DNA of 64,000 bases from Escherichia coli (GCF_003790525.1 NZ_CP033635.1); one strand, 5' to 3'. Counted from the stretch's first letter, positions 20,955 through 34,475 are shown. Notes: generated by a model from the letters alone, not told the origin. Numbers and translations are program-made.

Positions 20955-21557
20955 ATGCAAATAGTCATGTTTGACAGGCAGTCAATATTTATTCATGGAA
21001 TGAAAATCAGTTTACAGCAGCGTATTCCAGGAGTGAGTATTCAGGGGGCCGGTCAGGCAGACGAGTTATGGCAAAAGCTGGAAAGTTACCCTGAAGCCTT
21101 AGTTATGCTCGATGGCGATCAGGATGGTGAGTTTTGCTACTGGTTGCTGCAAAAAACCGTGGTGCAGTTTCCTGAGGTTAAGGTGTTAATTACGGCGACG
21201 GATTGCAATAAACGGTGGTTACAGGAAGTTATCCATTTTAATGTGCTGGCCATTGTGCCTCGTGATTCAACCGTTGAGACATTTGCGTTGGCGGTAAATA
21301 GTGCGGCGATGGGGATGATGTTTCTGCCGGGAGACTGGCGAACGACGCCGGAAAAGGACATTAAAGATCTCAAATCGTTAAGCGCCCGCCAGCGGGAGAT
21401 TTTAACCATGTTAGCGGCGGGCGAATCAAATAAGGAGATCGGCAGGGCGCTGAATATCAGTACCGGAACGGTAAAAGCGCATCTGGAATCCCTGTATCGC
21501 CGTCTGGAAGTGAAAAATCGCACCCAGGCGGCAATGATGTTAAATATCTCCTCCTGA
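20955..21557 (+). CDS. yhjB: LuxR/FixJ-family response-regulator-like protein YhjB
   Basis: 200 aa ORF with a C-terminal LuxR-type HTH (LSARQREILTMLAAGESNKEIGRALNISTGTVKAH). Confidence 0.85.
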   Translation: MQIVMFDRQSIFIHGMKISLQQRIPGVSIQGAGQADELWQKLESYPEALVMLDGDQDGEFCYWLLQKTVVQFPEVKVLITATDCNKRWLQEVIHFNVLAIVPRDSTVETFALAVNSAAMGMMFLPGDWRTTPEKDIKDLKSLSARQREILTMLAAGESNKEIGRALNISTGTVKAHLESLYRRLEVKNRTQAAMMLNISS

Positions 21558-21570
21558 AGAGGATAATTTT

Positions 21571-21607
21571 ACAGCCAGCAGGAAGTTAGCGGCTGGCTGT
21601 AAAAATA

Positions 21608-21608
<1 letters not shown>
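21571..21608. terminator. Hairpin (acagccagc / gctggctgt) with flanking T/A runs, between convergent yhjB and treF
   Basis: Inverted repeat read from the sequence. Confidence 0.5.
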
Positions 21609-23287
<1,679 letters not shown>

Positions 23288-23540
23288 TTATCGGGCTTTT
23301 CTTTAAGGGTAGTCATTCGCTCCGCCTGGTGGGCGACAAAGCGTGCGGTGGATCACGTTTATTAACCTGCCAAAAAATATAACGCACTAATATCAATGGA
23401 ATTTATAAAAATACGGATTTCGTGTTGTTTTTCATTTTCAGAACATTCAATCCTGCTCTCGCCGCAATCATGATATGCCATTCCTGATCTGGGTAATAGG
23501 CACAGGCTATCTTATTGATAGTTTATATTCATGTAATTGA

Positions 23541-23554
23541 TTGATTCCTATCAA
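23541..23554 (+). promoter_or_regulatory. FNR-type site TTGAT-N4-ATCAA upstream of ccp
   Basis: Perfect match to the FNR consensus (ttgattcctatcaa) about 108 bp upstream of the ccp start; ccp is known to be FNR-dependent. Confidence 0.6.
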
Positions 23555-23661
23555 AAAGCGTATTTCCCTGTTTTTTATGATGGCTTTGTCTCGCAGAGAC
23601 GTTTGCAGCATTCTGGAAAATTTTCTGGGTCACAATAACTCACCACCGTGAGGGAAGAATA

Positions 23662-25059
23662 ATGAAAATGGTCTCACGTATTACCGCGATCGGCCTGGCT
23701 GGCGTCGCGATTTGCTATTTAGGGTTATCTGGTTATGTGTGGTACCACGATAATAAACGCAGTAAGCAGGCCGATGTTCAGGCATCTGCTGTCAGTGAAA
23801 ATAATCAGGTTTTAGGTTTTCTTCGCGAAAAAGGATGCGACTATTGCCATACGCCTTCGGCAGAATTACCCGCCTATTATTATATTCCTGGCGCGAAACA
23901 GTTGATGGATTACGACATTAAGCTTGGATATAAATCTTTTAACCTCGAGGCCGTGCGTGCGGCTCTGCTGGCTGATAAACCCGTTTCGCAAAGCGATCTG
24001 AATAAGATTGAATGGGTAATGCAGTATGAAACCATGCCACCAACGCGTTATACCGCGCTACACTGGGCGGGTAAGGTGAGTGATGAAGAGCGGGCGGAAA
24101 TACTCGCCTGGATTGCAAAACAACGCGCAGAATATTACGCCAGTAATGATACTGCTCCGGAGCATCGCAATGAACCGGTGCAGCCCATCCCGCAAAAACT
24201 GCCTACCGATGCGCAAAAAGTGGCGTTGGGCTTTGCGCTGTATCACGATCCCCGTTTATCGGCTGATAGCACCATTTCATGCGCTCATTGCCATGCGTTG
24301 AATGCGGGGGGCGTCGATGGCAGAAAAACATCGATTGGTGTTGGTGGCGCAGTTGGGCCGATTAACGCGCCGACGGTATTTAACTCAGTATTTAACGTTG
24401 AGCAGTTCTGGGATGGTCGTGCGGCAACATTGCAGGATCAGGCGGGTGGACCGCCGTTGAACCCGATTGAAATGGCGTCGAAATCCTGGGACGAAATTAT
24501 TGCTAAGCTGGAAAAAGATCCGCAGCTTAAAGCGCAGTTCCTCGAAGTCTATCCGCAAGGTTTCAGCGGTGAAAATATTACTGATGCCATTGCTGAATTT
24601 GAAAAAACATTAATTACGCCGGATTCCCCATTTGATAAATGGTTGCGTGGAGATGAGAATGCGCTGACGGCACAACAGAAAAAAGGCTATCAATTATTTA
24701 AAGATAATAAATGTGCAACTTGTCATGGTGGTATTATTCTCGGCGGACGTTCCTTCGAACCGTTGGGGCTGAAAAAAGACTTTAACTTTGGTGAAATTAC
24801 GGCGGCGGATATTGGTCGTATGAATGTGACTAAAGAAGAGCGCGATAAATTGCGTCAGAAAGTACCCGGTTTACGTAACGTTGCACTAACGGCACCGTAC
24901 TTCCATCGCGGTGATGTGCCGACGCTGGACGGGGCGGTGAAACTGATGTTGCGCTATCAGGTAGGCAAAGAGCTGCCGCAGGAGGATGTGGATGATATCG
25001 TAGCTTTCCTGCACAGTCTGAACGGGGTTTACACGCCGTATATGCAGGATAAACAATAA
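23662..25059 (+). CDS. ccp: Periplasmic cytochrome c peroxidase Ccp (YhjA)
   Basis: 465 aa ORF with three CxxCH haem-binding motifs (CDYCH, CAHCH, CATCH). Confidence 0.9.
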   Translation: MKMVSRITAIGLAGVAICYLGLSGYVWYHDNKRSKQADVQASAVSENNQVLGFLREKGCDYCHTPSAELPAYYYIPGAKQLMDYDIKLGYKSFNLEAVRAALLADKPVSQSDLNKIEWVMQYETMPPTRYTALHWAGKVSDEERAEILAWIAKQRAEYYASNDTAPEHRNEPVQPIPQKLPTDAQKVALGFALYHDPRLSADSTISCAHCHALNAGGVDGRKTSIGVGGAVGPINAPTVFNSVFNVEQFWDGRAATLQDQAGGPPLNPIEMASKSWDEIIAKLEKDPQLKAQFLEVYPQGFSGENITDAIAEFEKTLITPDSPFDKWLRGDENALTAQQKKGYQLFKDNKCATCHGGIILGGRSFEPLGLKKDFNFGEITAADIGRMNVTKEERDKLRQKVPGLRNVALTAPYFHRGDVPTLDGAVKLMLRYQVGKELPQEDVDDIVAFLHSLNGVYTPYMQDKQ

Positions 25060-25067
25060 TTAATTTA

Positions 25068-25100
25068 ATCGCCCGAACAGGAATGTTTGGGCGATTTTTA
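25068..25100 (+). terminator. Intrinsic terminator after ccp (atcgcccgaaca / tgtttgggcgat then TTTTTATT)
   Basis: Hairpin plus T-run read from the sequence. Confidence 0.6.
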
Positions 25101-25170
25101 TTACGATAATAAAGTCTGTTTTTAATATTATCATGTTAAATGTTTATATTATAAAAAGTCGTTTTTCTGC

Positions 25171-25190
25171 TTAGGATTTTGTTATTTAAA
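25171..25190 (+). promoter_or_regulatory. GAD box (ttaggattttgttatttaaa), GadE-binding site upstream of gadA
   Basis: Exact 20-bp match to the GAD box sequence as I recall it, about 80 bp upstream of the gadA start. Confidence 0.7.
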
Positions 25191-25269
25191 TTAAGCCTGT
25201 AATACCTTGCTTCCATTGCGGATAAATCCTACTTTTTTATTGCCTTCAAATAAATTTAAGGAGTTCGAA

Positions 25270-26670
25270 ATGGACCAGAAGCTGTTAACGGATTTCCGCT
25301 CAGAACTACTCGATTCACGTTTTGGCGCAAAGGCCATTTCTACTATCGCGGAGTCAAAACGATTTCCGCTGCACGAAATGCGAGATGATGTTGCATTTCA
25401 GATTATCAATGATGAATTATATCTTGATGGCAACGCTCGTCAGAACCTGGCCACTTTCTGCCAGACCTGGGACGACGAAAACGTCCATAAATTGATGGAT
25501 TTGTCGATCAATAAAAACTGGATCGACAAAGAAGAATATCCGCAATCTGCAGCCATCGACCTGCGTTGCGTAAACATGGTTGCCGATCTGTGGCATGCGC
25601 CTGCACCGAAAAATGGTCAGGCCGTTGGCACCAACACCATTGGTTCTTCCGAGGCCTGTATGCTCGGCGGGATGGCGATGAAATGGCGTTGGCGCAAGCG
25701 TATGGAAGCCGCAGGTAAGCCGACCAACAAACCAAACCTGGTGTGCGGTCCGGTACAAATCTGCTGGCATAAATTCGCCCGCTACTGGGATGTGGAGCTG
25801 CGTGAGATCCCTATGCGCCCCGGTCAGTTGTTTATGGACCCGAAACGCATGATTGAAGCCTGCGACGAAAACACCATCGGCGTGGTGCCGACTTTTGGCG
25901 TGACCTACACCGGTAACTATGAGTTCCCACAGCCGCTGCACGATGCGCTGGATAAATTCCAGGCCGACACCGGTATCGACATCGACATGCACATCGACGC
26001 TGCCAGCGGTGGCTTCCTGGCACCGTTCGTCGCCCCGGATATCGTCTGGGACTTCCGCCTGCCGCGTGTGAAATCGATCAGTGCTTCAGGCCATAAATTC
26101 GGTCTGGCTCCGCTGGGCTGCGGCTGGGTTATCTGGCGTGATGAAGAAGCGCTGCCGCAGGAACTGGTGTTCAACGTTGACTATCTGGGTGGTCAGATTG
26201 GGACTTTCGCCATCAACTTCTCCCGCCCGGCAGGTCAGGTGATTGCACAGTACTATGAATTCCTGCGCCTTGGCCGTGAAGGCTATACCAAAGTACAGAA
26301 CGCTTCCTACCAGGTTGCTGCCTATCTGGCGGATGAAATCGCCAAACTGGGGCCGTATGAGTTCATCTGTACCGGTCGCCCGGACGAAGGCATCCCGGCG
26401 GTTTGCTTCAAACTGAAAGATGGTGAAGACCCGGGATACACCCTCTACGACCTCTCTGAACGTCTGCGCCTGCGCGGCTGGCAGGTTCCGGCCTTCACTC
26501 TCGGCGGTGAAGCCACTGACATCGTGGTGATGCGCATTATGTGTCGTCGCGGCTTCGAAATGGACTTTGCTGAACTGTTGCTGGAAGACTACAAAGCCTC
26601 CCTGAAATATCTCAGCGATCACCCGAAACTGCAGGGTATTGCCCAGCAGAACAGCTTTAAACATACCTGA
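25270..26670 (+). CDS. gadA: Glutamate decarboxylase alpha (GadA)
   Basis: 466 aa from ATG at 25270 with TAAGGAG upstream ([21 protein letters not shown]..., PLP-lysine region [10 protein letters not shown]); called gadA rather than gadB because it sits next to gadX. Confidence 0.95.
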   Translation: MDQKLLTDFRSELLDSRFGAKAISTIAESKRFPLHEMRDDVAFQIINDELYLDGNARQNLATFCQTWDDENVHKLMDLSINKNWIDKEEYPQSAAIDLRCVNMVADLWHAPAPKNGQAVGTNTIGSSEACMLGGMAMKWRWRKRMEAAGKPTNKPNLVCGPVQICWHKFARYWDVELREIPMRPGQLFMDPKRMIEACDENTIGVVPTFGVTYTGNYEFPQPLHDALDKFQADTGIDIDMHIDAASGGFLAPFVAPDIVWDFRLPRVKSISASGHKFGLAPLGCGWVIWRDEEALPQELVFNVDYLGGQIGTFAINFSRPAGQVIAQYYEFLRLGREGYTKVQNASYQVAAYLADEIAKLGPYEFICTGRPDEGIPAVCFKLKDGEDPGYTLYDLSERLRLRGWQVPAFTLGGEATDIVVMRIMCRRGFEMDFAELLLEDYKASLKYLSDHPKLQGIAQQNSFKHT

Positions 26671-26689
26671 TAACATAACGTTGTAAAAA

Positions 26690-26738
26690 CCGAATGCCCA
26701 ACCTTTAAAAAACAGTTGGGCATTCGGTTGCTTATTAA
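26690..26738 (+). terminator. Intrinsic terminator after gadA (ccgaatgcccaac / gttgggcattcgg then TTGCTTATT)
   Basis: Hairpin read from the sequence. Confidence 0.55.
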
Positions 26739-27029
26739 TCGCAATAATATATTGGCTGTCTATTCATCGTGTTGATAAGATATATGTTATATGAATGTTT
26801 ATTCAATGTAACGGATATTCTTAATATCACTACAAGAGATTATTTGCTTACTATTAATTTCACTGCGTTCTTAAACACGCCTTTTGTATTATAAATCCAG
26901 TCATCCTGCCCGTAGATTATCATCCTGTTTTCCCGCGTCGTTTAAATTTATTTATCAATCAATTTGACTTAAGAGGGCGGCGTGCTACATTAATAAACAG
27001 TAATATGTTTATGTAATATTAAGTCAACT

Positions 27030-27854
27030 ATGCAACCACTACATGGTAATTGTCTAATTGCGTACGCAAGACATAAATATATTCTCACCATGGTTAATGG
27101 TGAATATCGCTATTTTAATGGCGGTGATCTGGTTTTTGCGGATGCAAGCCAAATTCAAGTGGATAAGTGTGTTGAGAATTTCGTATTAGTTTCAAGAGAC
27201 ACGCTTTCATTATTTCTCCCGATGCTCAAGGAGGAGGCATTAAAACTTCATGCACATAAAAAAGTTCCTTCATTACTCGTTCATCACTGTACCAGAGATA
27301 TTCCTGTTTTTCAGGAAGTTGCGCAACTATCGCAGAATAAGAATCTTCGCTATGCAGAAATGCTACGTAAAAGGGCATTAATCTTTGCGTTGTTATCTGT
27401 TTTTCTTGAGGATACGCAGTTTATACCGTTACTTCTGAACGTGTTGCAACCGAATATGCGAACACGAGTTTGTACGGTCATCAATAATAATATCGCCCAT
27501 GAGTGGACATTAGCCCGAATTGCTAGCGAATTGTTGATGAGTCCAAGCCTGTTAAAGAAAAAATTGCGCGAAGAAGGTACGTCATATTCACAGTTGCTTA
27601 CTGAGTGTAGGATGCAGCGTGCTTTACAACTTATTGTTATATATGGGGTTTCAATTAAGCGAGTTGCAGTATCCTGTGGATATCACAGCGTGTCGTATTT
27701 CATTTACGTTTTTCGAAATTATTATGGGATGACGCCCACAGAGTATCAGGAGCGATCGGCGCAGGAATTACCGAACTGTGGCCCGGCGGCAAGTATAGCT
27801 GCGCAAGGGAATTTTTACGGCACTGACCGTTCTGCGGAAGGAATAAGATTATAG
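27030..27854 (+). CDS. gadX: AraC-family acid-resistance regulator GadX
   Basis: 274 aa ORF with a C-terminal AraC-type HTH; follows gadA. Confidence 0.9.
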   Translation: MQPLHGNCLIAYARHKYILTMVNGEYRYFNGGDLVFADASQIQVDKCVENFVLVSRDTLSLFLPMLKEEALKLHAHKKVPSLLVHHCTRDIPVFQEVAQLSQNKNLRYAEMLRKRALIFALLSVFLEDTQFIPLLLNVLQPNMRTRVCTVINNNIAHEWTLARIASELLMSPSLLKKKLREEGTSYSQLLTECRMQRALQLIVIYGVSIKRVAVSCGYHSVSYFIYVFRNYYGMTPTEYQERSAQELPNCGPAASIAAQGNFYGTDRSAEGIRL

Positions 27855-27870
27855 AGTTTTACTCAGACAT

Positions 27871-27976
27871 AAAAAAAACCCGGCATAGGGGACCGGGAAG
27901 AGGATAGTCTGCCGTCTCCAGACTAATAAACCGTTATAACACTCCCTGTTGGCACGGGAAACTTTGTGCTCTCAGT
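27871..27976 (-). ncRNA. gadY: GadY small RNA, antisense to the gadX 3' UTR
   Basis: Minus-strand terminator (cccgg...ccggg followed by U8) just after the gadX stop; minus-strand sequence begins ACTGAGAGCACAAAG..., matching my recollection of GadY; ends approximate. Confidence 0.65.
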
Positions 27977-28222
27977 AAGTTAAATATAACTTTTACTGGA
28001 AATAAGATCAGCCATTTTTTTATAAACATAAGCTATACGCTGTGCGAAAATATATTCGTGTTGCATTTACTTATTGTCAATTAACTGTTATGCAAAACTA
28101 CTTTGTGGATAAATTTTGGTCCTACCAAATCTGGCAGTTTTTGCGCTAAGAAACAGTCTGGCATCATTTCATTAGTATACTGAAATTGAAATAATCGCAG
28201 TAATGAAATATAAGGGATAGTC

Positions 28223-28951
28223 ATGACTCATGTCTGCTCGGTGATCCTCGTTCGTCGTTCATTCGATATTTATCATGAACAGCAAAAAATATCGTTGCAT
28301 AACGAGAGTATCCTGCTGCTGGATAAAAATTTGGCAGACGATTTTGCGTTTTGTTCACCGGATACGCGACGACTGGATATCGATGAGCTGACAGTTTGCC
28401 ATTACTTACAAAATATTCGTCAGATACCACGCAATTTAGGGTTACATAGCAAAGACCGTCTGTTAATTAACCAGTCACCCCCCATGCCGCTGGTGACGGC
28501 GATTTTTGATAGTTTCAATGACCCCCGGGTCAATTCGCCGATACTGAGCAAAATGCTCTACCTTTCCTGTTTATCAATGTTTTCTCATAAGAAAGAACTG
28601 ATCCCCTTACTTTTCAATAGTATCAGTACTGTTTCAGGAAAAGTTGAACGCCTTATTAGCTTTGATATCGCCAAACGTTGGTATCTGCGCGATATCGCAG
28701 AAAGAATGTATACCAGCGAGAGTCTCATCAAAAAAAAGTTGCAGGATGAAAATACCTGTTTCAGTAAAATATTACTCGCCTCCAGGATGTCGATGGCCAG
28801 ACGATTACTCGAGTTACGTCAAATTCCTCTGCATACTATTGCGGAAAAATGTGGATATAGCAGTACGTCGTACTTTATAAACACATTTCGACAATATTAT
28901 GGTGTAACGCCACATCAGTTTGCGCAACATTCGCCAGGTACCTTTTCCTGA
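28223..28951 (+). CDS. gadW: AraC-family acid-resistance regulator GadW
   Basis: 242 aa ORF, paralogous to GadX, with a C-terminal AraC HTH. Confidence 0.9.
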   Translation: MTHVCSVILVRRSFDIYHEQQKISLHNESILLLDKNLADDFAFCSPDTRRLDIDELTVCHYLQNIRQIPRNLGLHSKDRLLINQSPPMPLVTAIFDSFNDPRVNSPILSKMLYLSCLSMFSHKKELIPLLFNSISTVSGKVERLISFDIAKRWYLRDIAERMYTSESLIKKKLQDENTCFSKILLASRMSMARRLLELRQIPLHTIAEKCGYSSTSYFINTFRQYYGVTPHQFAQHSPGTFS

Positions 28952-29313
28952 CATATTTTGCATTTGAATATTGGTCAGGATCTCACACCTGCTTCATGTG
29001 AAACTCTTCCCTGATGATTTCTGCCGGGCTACCGGCTAATTCTCTTTCGCAGTTTGCCAGGCGGTATAGGTATTTTCAGGAGGAAAAGACTCGGCATGTT
29101 TGGGATTATTAAGCTGACAATTCATACGATTACGGGAATGTGGGTCAGTATTGTGCTGTTCAAATTGATGACGAATGGCTGGAGTGGTTTCTACTTTCAG
29201 TGCTGTGTACTAAGCCTGGTATTCCTGACGGTTAGCTGGTTGTTGAGTGGTGAATGGTTAGCAGGAAAGAGTAAGGCTGAACCTTCACGTTCAACCTTAC
29301 TCTCATTTACACG

Positions 29314-32300
29314 TTACGCTTTTTTAAAGCGGGCAAAGAGATGTTCCACTACAACGAAAAAGACCGGAACGAAGTAAATTGCCAGCACTGTTGCGGCAAA
29401 CATCCCGCCCATCACGCCGGTACCTACCGCGTTTTGCGCGCCAGAACCGGCACCATGACTGATAACCAGCGGCAGCACGCCGAGAATAAAGGCCAGAGAG
29501 GTCATCAGGATTGGGCGTAAACGCATTCGCGCCGCTTCGATGATCGCCTCTATCGGCGTTTTCCCTTCTTTCTGCATCATCTCAACGGCAAATTCGACAA
29601 TCAGGATGGCGTTTTTGGCGGAAAGCCCGATGGTGGTCAGCAAACCAACCTGGAAGTAGACGTCATTACTTAAGCCGCGTAGATCGGTGGCCAGTAATGC
29701 GCCAACGACGCCTAACGGTACAACCAACATCACCGAGAACGGAATTGACCAGCTCTCATAAAGTGCGGCGAGGGCGAGGAACACCACGACCAGTGAAATG
29801 GCATACAGCGCGGGAGCCTGATTTGAGGATAACGCTTCCTGATACGACAGTCCGGTCCATGAGTAGCCGACGCCTGCCGGAAGTTTAGCGACCAGGTCTG
29901 CCATAAATTTCATGGCGTCACCGGTACTTTTACCGGCCGCCGCTTCACCTAAAATCTCCATTGACGGGATGCCGTTGTAGCGTTCCAGTCGCGGTGAACC
30001 ATAGGTCCATTCGGTAGACGAGTAGGCAGAAAGCGGTGCCATCGTGCCAGAGGCGTTGCGTACATACCATTGGTTGATGTTATCCGGCAACATACGGAAC
30101 GGCGTGCCTGCCTGGACATACACTTTTTTCACCCGCCCCTGGTTGAGGAAGTCGTTCACGTAGCTGCTGCCGAAGGCGGTGGAAATTGTCTGGTTGATAT
30201 CAGACAGCGCCACGCCCATAGCCTCGGCTTTCGCAGCGTTGACGTTCACTTTGAACATCGGCGTATCTTCCAGGCCGTTCGGGCGAACCCCGGTGACCTG
30301 ATTCGGTGATTGCGCTGCCAGTGATAACAGCTCGTTTCGCGCCTGGGTCAGTTTTTCGTGCCCCAGGTTGCCGTTGTCCAGCAGTTCCATATCAAAACCT
30401 GACGCGGTACCCAGTTCAGCCACCGCGGGTAAGTTGAACGGGAAGACGACGGCTTTATTGATACTGCTTAACGCAATCATTGCCCGCTGAATGATCGCGG
30501 TAACCGAGTTTTCCTCACCGACACGTTCAGACCACGGTTTGAGGCTGATAAACGCCAGACCGTTGTTTTGCCCCTGGCCGCTGAAGCCAAAGCCGCCAAC
30601 GGTAAACACCGACTGAACATTATCTTTCTCTTTAGTCAGATAATAATCCGTCACCTGTTGCAGCACTTTCGTGGTGTTAACCATGGTGGCACCGGAAGGT
30701 AACTGAGCGGTGGTCATAAATACCCCCTGATCCTCTTCTGGTAAGAAAGAGGTCGGCGTACGCAGGAACAGCACCGCCATCCCGGCGCAAATCAGCAGGT
30801 AGACCACCATGTAGCGACCGGTACAACGCAACAGCGAACGGGTGCTGTCGGTATAGTGCTGAGTTGATTTTTCAAACAGCGTGTTGAAGCGTGCGAACAG
30901 GGCGTTAGGTTTGTGACCGCCTTCCGGCGCGGCTTTCAGAATGGTGGCGCACAGGGCAGGGGTCAGGCTCATTGCCACAAATACTGAAAGCAGCATGGAG
31001 GAGATCAGCGTGATGGAGAACTGTCGGTAGATCTCCCCGGTTGCACCGCTCATAAAGGCCATCGGCATAAACACTGCGGAAAGAACAACGGCAATCCCGA
31101 CCAGCGCACGTTGGATCTGCCTCATCGATTTATGCGTCGCTTCCTTCGGCGGTAGCTTATCTTCCGCAATGACACGCTCGACGTTCTCCACCACCACGAT
31201 GGCGTCATCCACCAGTAACCCTATCGCCAGCACCATCCCGAACATAGTTAACGTGTTGATGGTGAAACCGACCGCCGACAAGATCGCAAACGTCCCGAGA
31301 ATAACCACCGGTACGGCAATCGTCGGGATGATTGTGGCGCGGAAATTCTGCAAAAACAGATACATGACCAGGAAGACGAGGATGATAGCCTCAACCAGCG
31401 TTTTGAAAACTTCCTGAATAGAAATTTTGATAAACGGTGTGGTGTCGTAAGGATAAACCGTCTTCAGGCTTGCAGGGAAATAAGCCGATAAACGGTTCAG
31501 CTCCTCTTTCACCGCTCGCGAGGTATCCAGGGCGTTTGCTCCGGTAGCCAGTTTGATGGCGATCCCGGCAGCAGGTTTGCCGTTATAGCGCGCCACGGTG
31601 GAATAATCTTCCGCCCCAAGTTCGACGCGGGCGACATCACGCAGCAGCACTTGCGAACCATCTTGCTGAACTTTCAACAGGATTTTGCCAAATTCTTCCG
31701 GTGTTTGCAGACGCGTCTGCACAATGATCGAGGCGTTCAGTTGCTGGTCTGCCGCCTGTGGCATGCCACCCAGTTGACCACCGGAAATCTGGTTGTTTTG
31801 CACCTTAATCTGGGAAATAACATCGGAAGGTACCAGGTTATATTTATTGAGTTTTTGCGGGTCCAGCCAGATACGCATGGCGTACTCGGAACCAAAGAGC
31901 TGTACGCTACCAACGCCCGCGGTACGGCTTAGCGGGTCTTTGATATTAGACGCTACATAGTCCGCGATATCGTACTGGTTGAGGCTGCCGTTATCAGAAA
32001 TAAATGCCGCTACCATCAGGATATTACTGCTCGACTTATCGACGCTAATCCCCTGCTGCTGCACCGCTTCAGGTAATGAAGGCATAGCGAGCTGCAGTTT
32101 ATTTTGCACCTGAACCTGTGCGATATCAGGCGATGTCCCAGTCTCGAAGGTCAGAGTGATGGAGGCATTACCTGCCGCATCGCTGGTTGAAGACATGTAC
32201 ATCAGGCCATCAAGCCCATTCATATTTTGCTCAATCACCTGAGTGACCGAGTCTTCTACTGTTTGCGCATCGGCACCCGGATAGGTAGCGCTGATGGTAA

Positions 32301-32427
32301 TGGTCGGTGGCGCAATCTGCGGATACTGCGCAACCGGTAAGTTCATGATCGCCAGACCACCTGCAAGCATCATAATAATGGCAAGTACCCAGGCAAAAAC
32401 CGGGCGATCAATAAAATAGTTAGCCAT
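29314..32427 (-). CDS. mdtF: RND multidrug efflux transporter MdtF
   Basis: 1037 aa AcrB-like ORF ([27 protein letters not shown]...). Confidence 0.95.
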   Translation of the reverse strand: MANYFIDRPVFAWVLAIIMMLAGGLAIMNLPVAQYPQIAPPTITISATYPGADAQTVEDSVTQVIEQNMNGLDGLMYMSSTSDAAGNASITLTFETGTSPDIAQVQVQNKLQLAMPSLPEAVQQQGISVDKSSSNILMVAAFISDNGSLNQYDIADYVASNIKDPLSRTAGVGSVQLFGSEYAMRIWLDPQKLNKYNLVPSDVISQIKVQNNQISGGQLGGMPQAADQQLNASIIVQTRLQTPEEFGKILLKVQQDGSQVLLRDVARVELGAEDYSTVARYNGKPAAGIAIKLATGANALDTSRAVKEELNRLSAYFPASLKTVYPYDTTPFIKISIQEVFKTLVEAIILVFLVMYLFLQNFRATIIPTIAVPVVILGTFAILSAVGFTINTLTMFGMVLAIGLLVDDAIVVVENVERVIAEDKLPPKEATHKSMRQIQRALVGIAVVLSAVFMPMAFMSGATGEIYRQFSITLISSMLLSVFVAMSLTPALCATILKAAPEGGHKPNALFARFNTLFEKSTQHYTDSTRSLLRCTGRYMVVYLLICAGMAVLFLRTPTSFLPEEDQGVFMTTAQLPSGATMVNTTKVLQQVTDYYLTKEKDNVQSVFTVGGFGFSGQGQNNGLAFISLKPWSERVGEENSVTAIIQRAMIALSSINKAVVFPFNLPAVAELGTASGFDMELLDNGNLGHEKLTQARNELLSLAAQSPNQVTGVRPNGLEDTPMFKVNVNAAKAEAMGVALSDINQTISTAFGSSYVNDFLNQGRVKKVYVQAGTPFRMLPDNINQWYVRNASGTMAPLSAYSSTEWTYGSPRLERYNGIPSMEILGEAAAGKSTGDAMKFMADLVAKLPAGVGYSWTGLSYQEALSSNQAPALYAISLVVVFLALAALYESWSIPFSVMLVVPLGVVGALLATDLRGLSNDVYFQVGLLTTIGLSAKNAILIVEFAVEMMQKEGKTPIEAIIEAARMRLRPILMTSLAFILGVLPLVISHGAGSGAQNAVGTGVMGGMFAATVLAIYFVPVFFVVVEHLFARFKKA

Positions 32428-32451
32428 GAAAGTCCCCTTAAGCCTGCAACG

Positions 32452-33609
32452 TTATTGTTTCGATTCGGTGCTGGCGTTTTCCTGGCTGGAGGAAATTGCT
32501 CGTGCTTTGATACCCGGACGAATGCGTTGCAAACCGGAAACGATCACCCGATCGCCGGCCTGCAAGCCAGAGGTGACAACCCACTGGTCGCCGATGGCTT
32601 TGCTGGCTTCAATTTCGCGTAGCTGCACGACATCGTCTTTATCCAGAATGAGTGCCGTTGCTTTACCCTGGGCGTTGTGGGTGACGCCTTCCTGCGGCAC
32701 CAGTAATACATTCTGGCGGCTACCTTCATCCACTAATGCCGTGACATACATGCCAGGCAGCAAGTCACCATTTGGGTTGGGGAAAATCGCCCGTAACGTC
32801 ACGGAGCCCGTGGTTTCATCTACCGTTGGGTCGGAGAATTTCAGCGTGCCAGTCTGGCTGTAACGTTTACCATTTTCCAGATTGAGCTGTACTGGCGTAC
32901 TGCCCTGAACCTGTTTGATTTGCCCACTGGCGACCTCTTCTTTCATGCGCAAGAAATCCTGCACCGACTGCGTGAGATCGACATAAATCGGGTCCAGACG
33001 TTGTACGGTAACCAGCGAATCTGCCTGATTAGCGGTAACGAGTGCGCCGACGGTCACCGACGATTTCCCGCTGACGCCCGTAATCGGCGAGGTGACATTT
33101 GCGTATTGCAGGTTGATAGTCGCCTGTTCAACAGCCGCTTTGGCGACGGTGACATTGGCTTCTGCTTCATTCAACTGGGTGCGCGCGGTGTCGTAATCCT
33201 GACGGCTAACGTAGTTGGTCTTCAGCAACGATGCCTGGCGGTTAAAGGTGATGCGGGCATTGCTGGCGGTAGAGAGCGCTTTCGCCAGCGAACCTTTGGC
33301 GGAGTTCAGCTCTGCCTGTAAAGGCGCAGGATCAATCTGATACAGCGAATCGCCCTGGTTCACTTTATCGCCTTCGATAAAGTTGCGTTTAATGATAATA
33401 CCGCCCACCTGGGGACGTATCTCGGCAACTTCATAAGGAACGGTTCTACCGGGCAATTCGCTCAACACATTGACCGAACCGGGGGAGAGTGTGACGACAC
33501 CGACCTCAGGCGTCATGGCGGCGGCGTTTTCCGCCGATTTGTCATCGCAGGCGGTGAGCATCGCGCCGCAGAATAACAACGGTATTAACAGTTTTCTTCT
33601 TCTGTTCAT
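32452..33609 (-). CDS. mdtE: RND efflux membrane fusion protein MdtE
   Basis: 385 aa AcrA-like lipoprotein (signal peptide with LTAC lipobox), immediately upstream of mdtF. Confidence 0.95.
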   Translation of the reverse strand: MNRRRKLLIPLLFCGAMLTACDDKSAENAAAMTPEVGVVTLSPGSVNVLSELPGRTVPYEVAEIRPQVGGIIIKRNFIEGDKVNQGDSLYQIDPAPLQAELNSAKGSLAKALSTASNARITFNRQASLLKTNYVSRQDYDTARTQLNEAEANVTVAKAAVEQATINLQYANVTSPITGVSGKSSVTVGALVTANQADSLVTVQRLDPIYVDLTQSVQDFLRMKEEVASGQIKQVQGSTPVQLNLENGKRYSQTGTLKFSDPTVDETTGSVTLRAIFPNPNGDLLPGMYVTALVDEGSRQNVLLVPQEGVTHNAQGKATALILDKDDVVQLREIEASKAIGDQWVVTSGLQAGDRVIVSGLQRIRPGIKARAISSSQENASTESKQ

Positions 33610-33947
33610 TTTAGTCCCTGAAAATTCTTGAGAAATAACGGTTCTTTAAATTGCGCGCGAGGAGAGATATGAGGGATTTACAGACCAGCGGCATAGTGGG
33701 GTTGTCAGCCAGTAAGATGGGATGCAAGCACAATGATCGACATGGTGAGGTCAACGACAAAAAAAATGTTGCCGTTCTGCCAACAGTTTCTGCCAGCATT
33801 CGGGCAACGAAGGGTTCTACTGGTGGATACACATACCAGGGGAATAAAGTCGTTTTCGTCTCTCCTTCAATAATCACCGGGGGTATTGAAATCAGCATCT
33901 GCATCCCTCGTCATGCCAGCCATCAATTTCAGTTGCTTATGTCCTTA

Positions 33948-34475
33948 CTAAAAATAAGATGTGATACCCAGGGTGACGATGTCGCTCATACGTCTTAATT
34001 TCAGCTTGTACATAATGTTGAATTTCTGAATCTTTAATGTTTGTTGCGAAATGTTGAGCGTTGACGTGATATTGCTTTCATTTTTGTTTTTCAGAATCAG
34101 TTGCATAATTTTGAACTGATTATGTGAAAAACATAGTTGTGAATTCTTATGGGGCAAGTGTTTACCATAAGTAATCTCAAGAAGATTTTTGATACTTTCT
34201 TTACGGCTGACAAAATAAATAGGCGCTTTAGCTTTTAGTTTACTGATGTGATAAGGTGCCAAAACAATAATTCTCTCGGCATCTAATTTCTCCAGAAATT
34301 TAATCGCTTCTTCATCAAGGATATGATTGTGATAGGTATCAATGATAACCTTGAAGGGTTTATTGCCTACTTTTTTGATCTCTGACAGGGAATTGATTTT
34401 TATCATTTCGTGATTATCTTTCAACTGCCAAAAGCCCTGTAAAAGAAAAGAATCTTTCGTCATGAGAAAAATCAT
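33948..34475 (-). CDS. gadE: LuxR-family acid-resistance activator GadE
   Basis: 175 aa from ATG at 34475 (MIFLMTKDSFLLQGFWQLKD...); upstream of mdtEF. Confidence 0.9.
   Translation of the reverse strand: MIFLMTKDSFLLQGFWQLKDNHEMIKINSLSEIKKVGNKPFKVIIDTYHNHILDEEAIKFLEKLDAERIIVLAPYHISKLKAKAPIYFVSRKESIKNLLEITYGKHLPHKNSQLCFSHNQFKIMQLILKNKNESNITSTLNISQQTLKIQKFNIMYKLKLRRMSDIVTLGITSYF

Noticed and set aside
25417..26676. Minus-strand ORFs of 191 and 196 aa overlapping gadA
   Set aside because: Antisense to the strongly supported gadA reading frame.
29054..29377. 107-aa plus-strand ORF downstream of gadW overlapping the 3' end of mdtF
   Set aside because: No convincing ribosome-binding site and it overlaps the mdtF terminus; likely fortuitous.
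33611..33998. Small overlapping ORFs (97 and 115 aa) in the mdtE-gadE intergenic region
   Set aside because: They overlap each other and the gadE 3' end, with no supporting signals; the region is better explained as the gadE-mdtE intercistronic and regulatory sequence.
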